DNA of 64,000 bases. It comes from Botryllus schlosseri (taxonomy: Eukaryota). The notes beneath the pieces are model-generated. The model did no database searches. It was given only the letters and a program-made list of their open reading frames with translations, and was not told the DNA's origin. Shown one piece after another: positions 50,767-64,000 of this stretch. The stretch spans positions 9,238,001 to 9,302,000 of the forward strand of contig CM119383.1 of the NCBI GenBank assembly GCA_051294905.1, written 5' to 3'. How positions within the stretch are numbered: the stretch's first letter is position 1; each line of letters begins with the position of its first letter. A program made the translations under genes and the position numbers.

Positions 50767-53700
50767 TCATGATGCTTCCCCTCCGTTGAGCTGAGCGTTG
50801 ACCAAGCTGTAGTAGGAGCCCTTCATTGCCAGCAAATCTTGATGCTTCCCAAATTCGACGATGGTGCCGTTCTCCACGACGGCGATGTTGTCTGCGTTAC
50901 GCACTGTGGACAGCCTGTGGGCAATCACGATGCAGGTACGGCCCTGCCTGGCGGCATCCAGCGCCTCTTGCACAATCTGTAAAGCAATTGTCATTGTAGG
51001 GGTATCCAGAGATGGTCAAGTACTCATCGTTGCTTCAGCAGCGTAAATTTCTACTACATACAGAAGTACTAAAGTCAAGGACATGTGAAAACTTCTTCGG
51101 TAGAACAAAAACTAAAGGTTTGAAAAGCAGTAACAACCAATTTAGTAGCTATTTGAATTCTTCGAAAAGTAGATCTACTTCAGCGCACACATACAGCGAT
51201 GTAGACATATCACAAAATTTGGTCTAAAAAACAAGTCGTTTTGCCTATGGAGAAACGGAAGCAGTCTGAGACATAACCGCAGAAGTAAGTAGTACAGGTA
51301 CGTAAAACCACCAAGTACTTAGTTACTGACCACCTCCGCCGGTATCGTCAGGTAAAATATCATTGCACTCTACCTTTTCGCTTTCCGTATCAAGCGCAGA
51401 AGTGGCCTCGTCGAGAAGCAAGACTTTGGGGTTGCGAAGCAAAGCTCGGGCGATGGCGACTCTCTGCTTTTGACCACCCGACAATTGCGTGCCTTTGTCA
51501 CCGACAGATGTTGCATAGCCCTAGAATGAAAAATTTCAATTTCAGGGTTAAAGAGATAACTGCTGGTCTTGTAATGATGAGATTAATAAACTGGGTATTG
51601 GAACCTAATTTAAAACCAGACCAGGCAAAGATAAGATTTCATGCTATGTGAATCCCGTACTCACATCAGGAAGCGTCTCGATGAAATTGTGGATATTCGC
51701 GGCTTTTGCAGCCTTGACGACCTCTTCCATAGACGGTATGTAGGTGTTGTCGCCGTACCGAATATTATCGGCGATGGAACGATCGAAAAGAACGGGTTCT
51801 TGGGAAACGATACCCAACTGTCGCCGCAACCACGCTATGTTCAAAGTCTTGCTGTCCACGTCGTCCAGGGTCTAAAGTTTTGAAGTACCTCGGTAAAAAG
51901 CAACTCGAGGACATGGAAATGCGCGCATGCTTGCGAACCATTTTGTGAAAACCACCATAGACTCGAAGGAAACAACCAATATGCGGCATTCAAGTGATTG
52001 ATGATACACAAATGGAAGTAGGATTGAGGATTAGAGACTTAAAGTATCAATTTCTGTGACAGGTCAAACTACTACAGGTGATATGCTGAAAATGTGTTCG
52101 AGTAGCTAAAAGAAATAGTGTTGTCCAGGTATTTGAAAGTCGATCACAGATACAAATGCACACGACTGCCCATTTTCTTACAAATACGCTACTTCGATTA
52201 ACGGAAAGGTCAATACCAGGGCCATAACATCGGGAGATGTCCCTGATGATTACTGGTAAAGGCCAGAGATGGTCAATAACCAAGTATTTCTACTTGCAGT
52301 ATTCAAGTAGGTTTTGCATACTTGCACTAATTACTCAAATGGTTATGATTTCAGATAACTTCTACTTAAACTTTCAGTTTTTTAGTCAAAACTAGGTCCA
52401 GAACACTTACTTTTACATACTTTGAAATTGTTACTTCTACCATTAATTGTACAGTACAACTAAAAATATTGGGCACCTCTACTTGAGTACAAAAGATGAC
52501 CTACTTTGACCACCTCTGATAGAGGTAACACGTAAAGTGATACATACAACTTTGCCATCAGTCGGATCGTAGAATCTCTCAATAAGCTGAACGCATGTCG
52601 ATTTCCCACATCCGGATTGGCCAACGAGGGCTATCGTCTGTCCCGGTTCCACAGTCACCGACAATCCCTTCAGAACCAAGATGTCTGGCCTGGTCGGGTA
52701 GGTGAATTTCGCGTCGGTTATCGCCGTCTTTCCCCTCGATGACTCCTGCCGAAATATATATAATGATGGGTCCAGCCGACATCCGTCTCCATATAACTAA
52801 CTGCGGTCAATGATTACCTGCCTACTTACTGACATCATCAGTGCAATTGTTACTAGACAGTACCAGTATACAATACAGTTGGATTTTATGACTTTACGAG
52901 GGCCATAGGCATTTCTGTTTTCGGTCCTAATGGTGGACCTAATGGATCTCCTTGATTAAATTGACGCACGCGGCGTTAATCATGAATAGATGTGTTTAAA
53001 TGGCATGTATTCTACAAGTTACTGCCATTAGTTTTAAGTTCTAGTTGATATATGTCAGATTTTAATATCGGCTTTATTGTCAAAATATTGACAAAACAAT
53101 TTCTTACATACTTTTCGCAATTATATCAGACTTTTCTGATAGTTTGAGGAAAAGCAAATCTATTTGGAGTGTCTGCCTTATCCGGGACAAAGAACTCAAA
53201 GCGGAATTAAACAAACAAATTCAAGCATGGTGTGCTGCAATAAAAAGTAGAGCAACTGTCTCGGTAAAATGAGTTATGTATGAATGTATCTATTTAGGCG
53301 GTGGTCTTGTGCCCACTTTCAAAATTTATGCTGATTCAACGTTGCTATGCAGAGGAACATTACCGAGCGAAATCCACATGACTCTACACTTCATCTAATG
53401 CCCTGTCTGATAATAGCCATACTTCGGCCCGCATTGCCTACAAGTTCTTACAGGTTGGGCGCCTTCTCGACTGTAAGCGTCAATCTCGGGCACACGGTCC
53501 AGCAGCTTGAAAAGTCTGTTGGTGGAGATCTTCGCCTGGGCGTAATCCGGGGCGAACGAGCTTGTCTGTCCCACCGCAAAAGCTCCGAAAATGACAGCCA
53601 TCAAAACCCTAAAAAAATTTAGAATTATTTAAATGCTATACTTCTGCTTCCAAAGGCGGTCACTGACAAAGTACTTCTCTTTTTTTGGAGTACTCAAGCA

Positions 53701-56700
53701 TATTTTGCGTACTTGTACATCAAAGATCAGCTTTTAAAGGCAAAACTAAGTGTACAATACTCACTTTTTTACTTACTTTGAAACCTCTACTCTACTCTTC
53801 ACCGATCAATTGCTAAAAGTATGTAAACCCTTGATTAAATCCACTTTTCAAAACTACCCTCACTTGATAACTACCGTATTCATTTTCTAATTTCAATTGA
53901 AGTAGCTTTGACAATTCTTGTAACTCGATACTTTTACTTGTAATTGAGTAGAAATTTATGACTTCAATTCTATTACATGAAGACCTTCTTGGAGACATAT
54001 AGTACAGGGTACAATTGAAAAGATATTCATATTGAATATTATTCAAAATTTCCAAGCCGGTGACGTCATATTTTGTGATACGATTGTTGATATAGACCTA
54101 GAGTGTTCTCTATAATTCTCTACTAGCTGCTGATTATTACCCATGACGAGTGTCAGCCGAAAATATTCGGGTTTATCTCAATATGAATATAACATGAGTA
54201 CCAAGAATGGCTACTTTGATCACTTCTGGCTACAACATACAGTGTAGCAACTTACTTGTAAACATCCTCGTACGGCATGATATTCATTTCCACGAGGTAA
54301 GCGCCGTATCTGAACGTAGCCGCGTACGCGAAGAACACGATCGACTGTGAGAATCCGAACGACACCCCGTAAAACAAAGCCTTTTGGATGGACTTGCTGT
54401 AAAGCAAAAGACGAATTAGGCGAACATTTCGAAAATAAAAAATAGATAGCAACTCACCTGAACGGCAAGATCAAAGCGTCTTTGTACTTCTCAAACAAGT
54501 AATCTTCCTTAGTCAGCGAAGCGACTGTACGAATATTCAACGTGGCTTCTGTGGCAATACTTCCGGCTTTTTCGTACGCCTTGGACTCGTCACCAGACTG
54601 AAGATCATTTCATTTTTTATACTTTTACATCAACAGCTGGACTGTCGAATTATGAGCTTGCGACACTTCAGCATCAGCATGTGGGTCAAACTTTGGGTTA
54701 GCTTGCGGCAAATTACTCGGTCAAGTGTTGTTTTTCATTGTGTCGCATGCTCAAATGTGGGGCAGCTATTACTCTACCATCGGTTATGTTTGTCTAGCGA
54801 CACAACCTACCTGGCCCGTCAGCAATTTCATCATGATAAATCCGGCGATAATCATAAACGGTACAAAAGCGAGGGTCACCAGAGTCAGCTGCCATCCGTA
54901 CGCGAACGCGATTCCGAGCGCAACACCTGAAAAGCACAAATTCGGTCAGAACAAAGTGGGCACTAGTTACACGAGTGAGCAAGCAGCAGAATTAAAGTCA
55001 ATAATTTCCACTGAACTACAAGTAGTACTCGGTTAGTTTCAAAAAGTAGGTTTGGTCGAGGGCACCGTATGCGTTTAGCGGTGACTACGTTCAAAATTGC
55101 CAGTTGCATCTTCGTGGCTTACGCAAAATGAATATTTTCGCGTCAAATGTGTGGAGTTTTAAAAATATATTCACAAGGCGAGCATTTTGCCAGATTTCCA
55201 CTCAAACCGCAAACTTGACAATAAACGACTTTCAACTTTAAAAATCTTCAGAGGTACATTGCAACTGTGAAGTGGTCTAAAATATATTGACTATACTGAG
55301 CAGTACCAGTCGGCAGAACCTACTTGAGTACTTTGAAAAAGGAGACGCAAGAAACATTATGAGATCTCACCGAGAGCAAATATGTTCTGAATCATAACGC
55401 CGGCCCGCACTCCAGTGCAACCCTGCACTCGGGACGCGTCCGTGGCCAGCCTCGTCGTCAGAGCCCCGGTGCTGTTGCGGTGGTCGTCGAAGAATCCAAT
55501 TTCCTGCCTCACCATCGCTTTGAAGCCGGCCGCACGCAGTCTCGAAGTCAATTCCTCACCGGATTTCGCGAAAGAAGAAGCCTACGAAAAAGGAGACGCT
55601 AAAGTAAAAAGGCAGCCAGCTGACTGGACTTTTTCAAGCAATGAAATGGTACGCTCCTTGGCGCGATTTATCAACGAGAATCATAGATTCGGTACTATTA
55701 TCCACTATTGAAAGCTCTTTAGCGTATCGCAGCGTACGAAACACGCAGTACAAAGCTATGCATATTGGCGGAAATTATATTTAGCGCCGTCTTTTAGACA
55801 ACTACATTTTTTGTTATTGCTCATTTCATCATTTTTTTAGAATTTTTCGGATTTAATCCTTTACAAATTCATAATTTTACGATTGCCTTCGAATTTTTCA
55901 GATGTTTTATTCTAAATTCCTCAGTTTTCCATTTTCCATAAATTCGTCAACTTATCATTTTTTGAATTTTCATTTTTCGAATTGTTCAATTTCCCACTTC
56001 GACGAAACTTCGAGATTATTATTTTTTCCGAATTTATCATCCATTTTTTTCAAATTCATCAATTTTCCGAATTTCACAGCGATCTTTCTAATCCTTCATT
56101 CAACACTTCCCATACCCAAACCTCGCCAATCGATTTGTATCAACACTCTGACCCACCCCCGAAATCCAACACGACCCACCTGAATCAAGTTTGCCAGAAA
56201 GGCCGCCCCGCCGATAGCGACAAACAGACAAGAGTACAGAACGATTTGATTCTCTCGTTCCGGGCCCGCGGGTTGTCCGAAAACTCCCAAAATCTCCGAG
56301 AACAAAATCGCAAAGCAAGGCTGTATCCCGCCGTTGATGGCAGCAGCGAAACATCCCACTGTAATGAAAGCATCTCAGTTTCAACCGAGGACCCCACAAA
56401 GGTTAAGAATTGATTCCTTACTTATAATGAAAGGCAGTTCTGGTTTGTTCAGAGCAAGTACCCTCGAAAACGGCACTTCGGGAAGATCTTCATCTTCTTC
56501 TTCCACCTCCCCTTTGTCGCCGGACTTCACGCTGGTTTCACTGACCAGACGCTTACGCTTGGTGCTGGAACGGCTTCTGATCGAGGATCGTTTCTGGTCT
56601 TCTAAAATGGCAAGAACTTTGTCTTCAACAGATCATCATCATCAGAGACCATGCAGTTGGACAAATATCCACGCGCTAAACTACATATCGCTATTAGATC

Positions 56701-59700
56701 AGTTGCAGAGGGTGTCAGAAATGATGTATTCCTACTTTTTCAGAGTATCAAAGTAGGTTTCGCCAACTTGCACTGTTACTACATCAAGTGATTGTGTTTT
56801 ACACAACCAGATTAGTTGTAGAGTTTTCAGCTTTTCGGTGCAACTAAGCCTGCAATAGGCTACTTCTTTATCTATTTGGAAAATGCTACTTCTGGTTGTG
56901 CAAACGTAAAAATTTATGACAGTACTTCTACCTATACTGCCTTGCTGGAGTACCAATAATGATTACTTTCGCCACCTCCGATCAGTAGCAATCTGACAAC
57001 AACAGTAAGAGCTTTAACGACATAGGCACAATATACGAGGGAATTAATCGAATAAAAAGAAATTACCAGCCAACATTGATATCACGCACACGATTTCAAA
57101 AACAAATTGACGAAATATCTCAACCTGTACTCATGCAGGCTGTCAATCGCTTGCTTGGCCTGGGACAGTGGTTCCCAACCTTTTTCGACTCATCGCCCCC
57201 CTTATCAAGCACGACACAAATTTTTGCCCCCCCCTTATTTACGGATCCGAAAGACGGGGACATATTAACGGGAAATTTATCCACTAAACTCTGATCGCTG
57301 GTGAATTGACTAAAATAGAAAGGTCATTTTTCTGAGTAGGTGCTCGGAAAACCAATTTCCGCGTCTACTTTCTGTCGAGTTGACCTTTTTTTTAGTCAAC
57401 TTTCGCATCATATGCAGAATAAGCCGTCTTCACGTGCATTTTTTGACTGTGTTAGTTAGCTAAATCTCCCTGGAAGTTCTAACATCCTAGGCCAAGAACA
57501 GTTTTCATTCTGTACAGTTTCGCTTTTGCGTATCGAGCGGAACCATGAGATGAGTCTAACTGGCGCACATGACTTTAGTTGTGAATATAATCAGGAAATA
57601 ACGTGCACAAGGTAGAATCTAACATTTCCTCCTACAGAAATTGAATAAGGCGTCCTGAAAGTCGAGCAAAAACACCCTACTCTCAAAATGTATATGTTAA
57701 AAGTTGATAGCTTCTCATACATTATTCAATCTAAAACGAGCGCCTTGCAAGACATACATCGTATCGACAAAATCTGAGGGCTGAAATTCCATTCGAGTCA
57801 TTGTTGCACCACCAGTATGTGTGAGGCCATTATTAATCTCTCACGCCTGTAGTTAAGTCATGATTTTCTATAATTAACGAATTAGCTTCACGGGATATCC
57901 AATCACGGAAAGTACCTAGGGTTGGATAACAGAAAAAAATACGAGTGTCACAATCCTCGAACACAATTATCTCACCAGCCTTCTTCAATTCTTCTTTCTC
58001 GTTGGTAGGACCTAAATAATGAGCACACGTTAATATTACGCCAGAGAGAAGCAACCAACGTGCCCGAGGGCATGCGAGCGTAATTCATAACAAAAACGTT
58101 GCAGAAAAGCACCTTGGTCGCCGCCTCCGTAACTCTGCATGTGGACCAGGTTTTGGTAGACGCCGTTTTCGACTTTGAGCAATTCGTTGTGGCTGCCTTG
58201 TTCCATCACCTGACCTTCGTTGAAGCCGATAATGACGTCGGAGTTGCGGATGGTCGACAGACGATGGGCGATGACCAGCGTGGTCCGTCCTGGGGGCAAA
58301 AAAAATCAAGATCAATGCTAAACATTAATGTAGCGTTTGATGCTACTTATTGCTCTGGTGGAAGTAACAAGATGTTTTGTACATCCCTTGCCAATCATAG
58401 TTCTTTTATCAATGAGAATTATATTGTTTCGATATCTTACTTATTTCCCATTATGGGAGCATCAAAGTCTCATTTGTCTGTACGATATCTTTCAAAACAC
58501 TTCGTGAAATGCTACACATGTTCCTGGCAACAACACCTCTGTTAAGTATTGTTCGATCTACTGTATTTTTTCAGAGCTACATGTCGTAGTTGAGTTTGAC
58601 AATCTCATTTCCGCAAGTTAAGGTCGAATAATAGGTACATATTTGAACCGGTTTTACTGGTATGACAACATAATGAGTGGTACTTAAATAGCCGAGTCAC
58701 TTGATTTCACCCAGCCCTAATTCGAAGCAGATATCGCAATTTCAAAGACATGTTAAAAGCCCTACACGACTGAGAGGGTAGAACCCAAAGCTGTTTGAGA
58801 AAGCAGAATTGGACTAGCAGTTACTGTTTTCAATAGTGGATAGCCCTTTACAAAATTGTAAGGTGCACCTAGGAAACTAATGCAGTAAGACTCGAATGGT
58901 GGTGCAATTAGGCGCAATTTCCGGTACAGAGATCTATATCAATAAATTTCTGAGGCAATCAAAAACCAAATTTTTACTTGACAAAACCCACAACATGAGC
59001 AAATAGTTCAAGCAGGGAAAACTAGTTAGCGACTGACCCCCCTGCGGAAATCGATGACGGTTGCCGGTAATTCCGTTTTGATACGGCTGTAGCACATAGC
59101 CTATTCATCTTTATTATGGTTCAGAGTTAAGTCACAATGACACCATTATCAGTCATAATTTTTTACATCTCACCATTTCAGTTACAACAACCGCCCACTC
59201 ACCTTGCGATGCCTTTTCTAGAGCCGCCTGCACAACAGATTCACTTTCCGTGTCCAAAGCGGACGTGGCTTCATCTAGCAGCATTACTTTCGGGTTTCGG
59301 ACAATAGCCCGCGCGATCGCAATCCTTTGTTTCTGCCCGCCGCTCATTTGCGCGCCACCTTCGCCCACCATTGTTTCGAATTTCTATTCGCAATAACGTT
59401 GCTTGTGATGTCATTGTATTGTAAAAGAATGTTTATGTATCTCACATTTGGTAGTCTCATAATGAAGTCATAAGCGTTGGCTTGTCGGGCGGCCTCCTCT
59501 ACTTCCTGGTCGGAAACGCCGTCACGGCCGTATTTGATGTTTTCGCGGATTGTTGTGTCGAATAGAATGGGTTCCTGCGACACGACGCCGATGTTTTCAC
59601 GAAGCCATTTGACGTTGAGACTTCTCAAGTCGTGACCGTCGAATTCAATCACACCGCTCTGAAAGACGGAGATAATGCATTCATTAGTTCATTCGTTTTG

Positions 59701-62700
59701 TTAATATTTTCATTACTCCAAAATATCACAAGATTGCGATAAAATGAAAAGATAGGAAGTGTACGACTACACAACCCGGGAGGTAACAATAAAATAAAAA
59801 GACATGGTTTCCTGAAATCTTCACGCCACGCAGCAGCTAGTCTACATTTGCGGCAAATTGCAATGCGAGGTAAATACCATCTGCTTGTTCATTCGTAAAC
59901 ACATCTTTTTTCTCAGGTGCATCACATGAAACAAAACAAAAAAACTTCAGATATGCACGAGTGGAAGTCTTAGGAACGAATTTAACACATTTTCATCTCA
60001 ATCCATCTAATAAATCTAAGTTAGACTTGCTTGGTTGCAAGCAAAGAATTTTAAGCAAGCTTTTCATCACACTAACTAGGCAGAGTAATAGATCCCGATT
60101 AAAAAAATGAGACGTCAGAAAATGAGAAAATCTCTACTATCCACCAAGTAATGTTATGTAACAAACGTTTGACCTCCGTCTTAGGAACTTAGACAAACAT
60201 TGATCACAATACATTGCGGTTATTACCTTACCACGTATCCGTGACACAAAATCCTATTCAAACACACGAGAGATACGCACAGTCACCAACTCATTTCGCA
60301 ATGCTGACCTTTGACATACATACCGGCTTACCGCGTATGCGCAGATTGCAGTAACATGAGTCAAATCCGCTTGTTATGAAACTTATTGACACAGTACTAT
60401 GAATAAGCGGTAAAGATGCTGTTTAAATAGAGCAGGCCTATCTTTGATGTTGACCAGCTTGAATGACCATCAGTTTATTGCATGGTTTACAGTTTACTAC
60501 TACACATATCCTGCAATCGGTGTGGGATACGGGTTAACCTATATCTATTACTTCATATCACAAAATACAATAGAACGACATCAGCTGACAGATTACCTTA
60601 GTTTTTACAATAAGGTGAATGATTTACAGGATATATCCATTGAGTTTATACTAGATCTTGACGATGTGAAGTATGGGTAGATAGTGACTTGAGTCATACA
60701 AACAAAAATGGCAAATAATCATCAGAAACAAAGTCCTTATACTAATATTCTACTTAGCACTGAAGCAGGATGCCTCTATTAGCACTGCTATGATAATTTA
60801 GCTCCAGAACCGATACTTATACAATGGGAACAGATTGGGATCATTTTTATGAATGAAATCACCAATACAATATAGATACAACACTTTTGTCCTCCAATTA
60901 CAAAGCTGCACCTCTTGTAAAACTATAGCGCTACCGGTAGGCTAATACTAGTAATTTTGAAAGCTACTTCGGAATAAACCCAATAGTTATGTGGATTACA
61001 TACAGATATCTCTTCTCATATAAACACTTCAAGTTACAATTCATAACAATAACATAATACCAAGTTTCGAGCACAGCCACAATAAAGCTATGTAAGATGA
61101 ACGATAAATTAATCAGCACAAGCATGTGTGGTAATATGCTCAAGATATATAGTACGCATACCTGTGGATCGTAAAATCTTTGGATCAGTTGAACACATGT
61201 ACTCTTCCCACAACCGCTTTGGCCACACAAGGCCACCGTTTTACCTACTTCCGCTGCGAAAGAGACGCTCTTCAGCACCTTTGGAAACGTTGCGAATATG
61301 AAATGTGTGCCTGTTGAAATCATCACTATAACCGAATGATTCGTTCATACCTGGACGTCAGGCCTGGACGGATATGTGAAGTTGATGCCCTTGAATTCAA
61401 TGCGCCCGTTCACTTTTTGGGGCTTGTGCCCTTCGGTCGAGAGCGAATCAATAGGGGGCTCCCGATCTATGATTTGAAATATTTTCGCAGCCGCTGCCGA
61501 AGCGTTGGAGAAATATTCCATGTTGCTTCCAGACTGAAATAAGCGAAAAATGAAAGAAACCCGAATAATCCTTGTTTACAAACAAGACTTCACATCGCTC
61601 TTGATAATTCATCCTAATTTCAACAGAGTGAGACATATATTAGTGTCACGTTACCAAAAATATCTCATCAACCTAGACTTAGTTGAAAAATATATCATAC
61701 TCGATGTATTTTATATTCAATTCGGGACCGTACATCAAAACAGCATGTAATCGTCTGGCTGCAAGGCTGTAGATGACAACACGCAATTTACAACTTAAAC
61801 AAAACATCTCCAAACCCCTGGATACAGTTAGTAGTTGGTAGGGATAGTAATAGAATAGTCTTGCAATAGTCTCCCATTTCAGAGAGAAAAAGCACTGGGC
61901 ACAACAAAACTTTTGCAAGGAATACAAGCAACATTTCATCACAGGTAGAATGACGAATCATCAAGTCAGCACTGAATCATGACATAGTAAACTGACACAA
62001 TGTTCTTCAGCAAGATCTCACCTACCAATCTTCAAGTAATCAATCATTTTTTGATATAATAATATACAAGACAATGTTTAGAATACGAACACCTGTAAAG
62101 GTCGTTTCCCAACATAAAACACTTCTAAAGTCATCGATTTGCAGGTGGTAAGTGAAAACGTAAGTGCTCTAATGCATACTTGTCCCAAAGCAAATGCTCC
62201 GATTAGAACACCGAAGAAACAAGTCAGCATGTTTCCCACCGAGAGCTCCCCAGAGAACACCAGTTCGCTGCCATACCAAAAAGCAAGTCCGTATGTACTG
62301 AAGAGGATGAACATGACGGCACCGATGCCCGATCCCGATATGACGCCCTTTCTAATGCCGGTCTCTCTGGCCGGTATCAGATTCTCATTGTATCTGGGAA
62401 GTTGACGCCGTTGGTATGTGAATTTTGAGAAGCACCCCAATTATTAACGGACTCGAATTGTAAGCTCCCGTACGATTGGAAAATGAATTAGTTTGAAATT
62501 ACCAAATTATCAATTACCAAAATTGCAGTTAGGTTTTGTATTTTGTTTCCTATCGATCATAGCGGTCAATTTTGAGAGATATTTCACATCAGCAGAAAGA
62601 GAGAATTGTTTGTGAAATTGCCATTACAACACTCGTTGATCAACCATGATCGATAATTAGGTTGAAAGAATCAATGGTGACGCATAAGACAGCCTATCTT

Positions 62701-63460
62701 TACATATTACTTATTGACATAAAGTTTATAGAATTGTTATATTTGTACTCACAACTCAATGCCATGATATCCAATTTTAGAATGAACCAACCTTTAAAAT
62801 TCTCAGTGACATCATAATATACGTTGCTTGTCAATGATTTACTATCACGATTTCATGCCCTTACCATTGATGATGTAGGAGGTTAGTTCAACAACAGCTA
62901 TTTGAACTAACCCTTTGGTGCCACAAGTCATTGTAAAATAGGACTACACAAAGAGTGTCCGTAGCTAGGATACCGGTAGCATAAACCCATTATAGAATAA
63001 TACTTGAAAGTAGATTGAACTGTGCCCATACTAATCTAACATATGTGAAATCAATTAACAAAGTGACCGTTTACATGTAAATGACAGTGAACAATCCAAG
63101 TGGTACAAAATCAATTCATTGGCATGAAATTACATTGAAATTGTGTATAGAATGCATTCTGTACACAGCTGATCCAATATGCGTGTAATTACTGCAGTAA
63201 TTAAGAACGAGGTCACAGCTTCAGAAATACAGCAAGATTAATTTACCTGTCCCAAAGAGAAGGCGCCAATTAGGACGCCAAAGAACGCAGTGAGAAGATT
63301 GCCAATGGTTATTTCCTTGGCTAACACCAGTGTGGATCCGTACCAGAAAGCCAGGCCGTAAGTCCCAAACATAATCAGAAAGAGGAATCCCAGCGATGCT
63401 CCCGTAACCACCCCTTTCTTGATACCAAGGCCACGCGCACCGGACAGATTCGAGCTATAC
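50767..63460 (-). CDS. ABCB1: Full-length ABCB/P-glycoprotein transporter, copy 2 (5' exons lie beyond the window end)
   Basis: Exons with the same lengths and GT-AG sites as copy 1: [63460-63247 OR 62393-62180], 61533-61351, 61278-61162, 59658-59446, 59383-59203, 58289-58113, 58011-57976, 56601-56422, 56358-56180, 55581-55371, 54926-54811, 54597-54458, 54396-54256, 53608-53452, 52745-52548, 51871-51665, 51520-51374, 50976-50767. No length change was found. Differences noticed are mostly synonymous, with a few replacements (E/K, P/A, Q/R, S/G, T/S). Confidence 0.93.
62180..62393 (-). CDS. ABCB1: ABCB copy 2 alternative TM5-TM6 exon B (214 nt)
   Basis: Near-identical to 13804-14017, with the same splice sites and an open frame. 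Confidence 0.9.
63247..63460 (-). CDS. ABCB1: ABCB copy 2 alternative TM5-TM6 exon A (214 nt)
   Basis: Near-identical to 14865-15078 (LAEEI becomes LAKEI), with the same splice sites. Confidence 0.9.
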
Positions 63461-64000
63461 CTATACCATGCAGGATTAGAAAACCGTAAATCATGCAACA
63501 AATCGAATTACCGTGGCGAGCAAACAGCTCATGACAATTTAAATGGCGGCAGAGTTGAAATCGAAGGCTTCGTTGTTTTGACGACTTCCAATTAACAAAC
63601 GGGGAACGCCATTTGGCACATTGCAAGGGTCAAAAAGGCACTTGTCCTGGTTGAGGTTACAATCGATTCAATGTGGACATGTGGTAAGGTTTTTTCAAGG
63701 TAAAGTGAACATTAATCGAAACTGCACATCACATACTGTTGGTACAATTCAAATTCACCAACTGCAAATAATCTTATTCGACGTAATCCTCACGTTCTCA
63801 CCAGCACAAATCTCTCTCTAGTAAATATTGTGTGAAATTGATTTTCTTCACACATATCATAGGAATGTGAGCGCAAATGAAAGTCCATGGCGAAACCGAA
63901 ATGATTCAACTCTGCAGTCCAGTCAATGCCAAAGTACAGTGATAATTGAGTCGCAACAAATTGGAACAAAATTAACAGCAATGTAAAATTATTGTACAAC

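Larger units (their letters stand above)
49512..64000. repeat. Segmental/tandem duplication, copy 2 portion
   Basis: Colinear with 1-15620; continues past the window end. Confidence 0.97.

Noticed and set aside
50767-63460. Copy 2 as a pseudogene
   Set aside because: All 19 visible exons keep their length and canonical splice sites, and I saw no premature stop.

Overview
Eukaryotic, AT-rich, intron-rich animal DNA; an invertebrate is likely but the taxon is not determinable from the sequence. (1) A nearly complete minus-strand full-length ABCB (P-glycoprotein/MDR, ABCB1/ABCB11-like) transporter gene, about 1405-19618. It has 25 mapped coding exons, 24 per transcript, and about 1277 codons; the extreme N-terminus is unresolved. 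(2) A second, intact-looking copy of the same gene from 50767 to beyond the window end, offset about 48.4-49.5 kb. (3) A plus-strand CENP-H-like gene (45564-49569) lying tail-to-tail with copy 2. The end of its last exon also appears at 1-58, so the duplicated unit includes it. (4) A 4-exon 5' fragment of insulin-degrading enzyme (37428-39309). It stops at a long foldback element and is followed by an orphan terminal exon of an unrelated gene (40327-40758), the probable duplication junction. (5) A dense set of non-autonomous DNA transposons, mostly hAT-like with 8-bp TSDs and some nested three deep, plus a tRNA-derived SINE and a G/C-skewed inverted satellite. The standout signal is in both ABCB copies: the exon encoding TM5-ECL3-TM6 is present as two tandem paralogous 214-nt exons (about 61% amino-acid identity) with identical phases. 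Only one can be included in frame, so these look like mutually exclusive exons that swap part of the drug-binding pocket.
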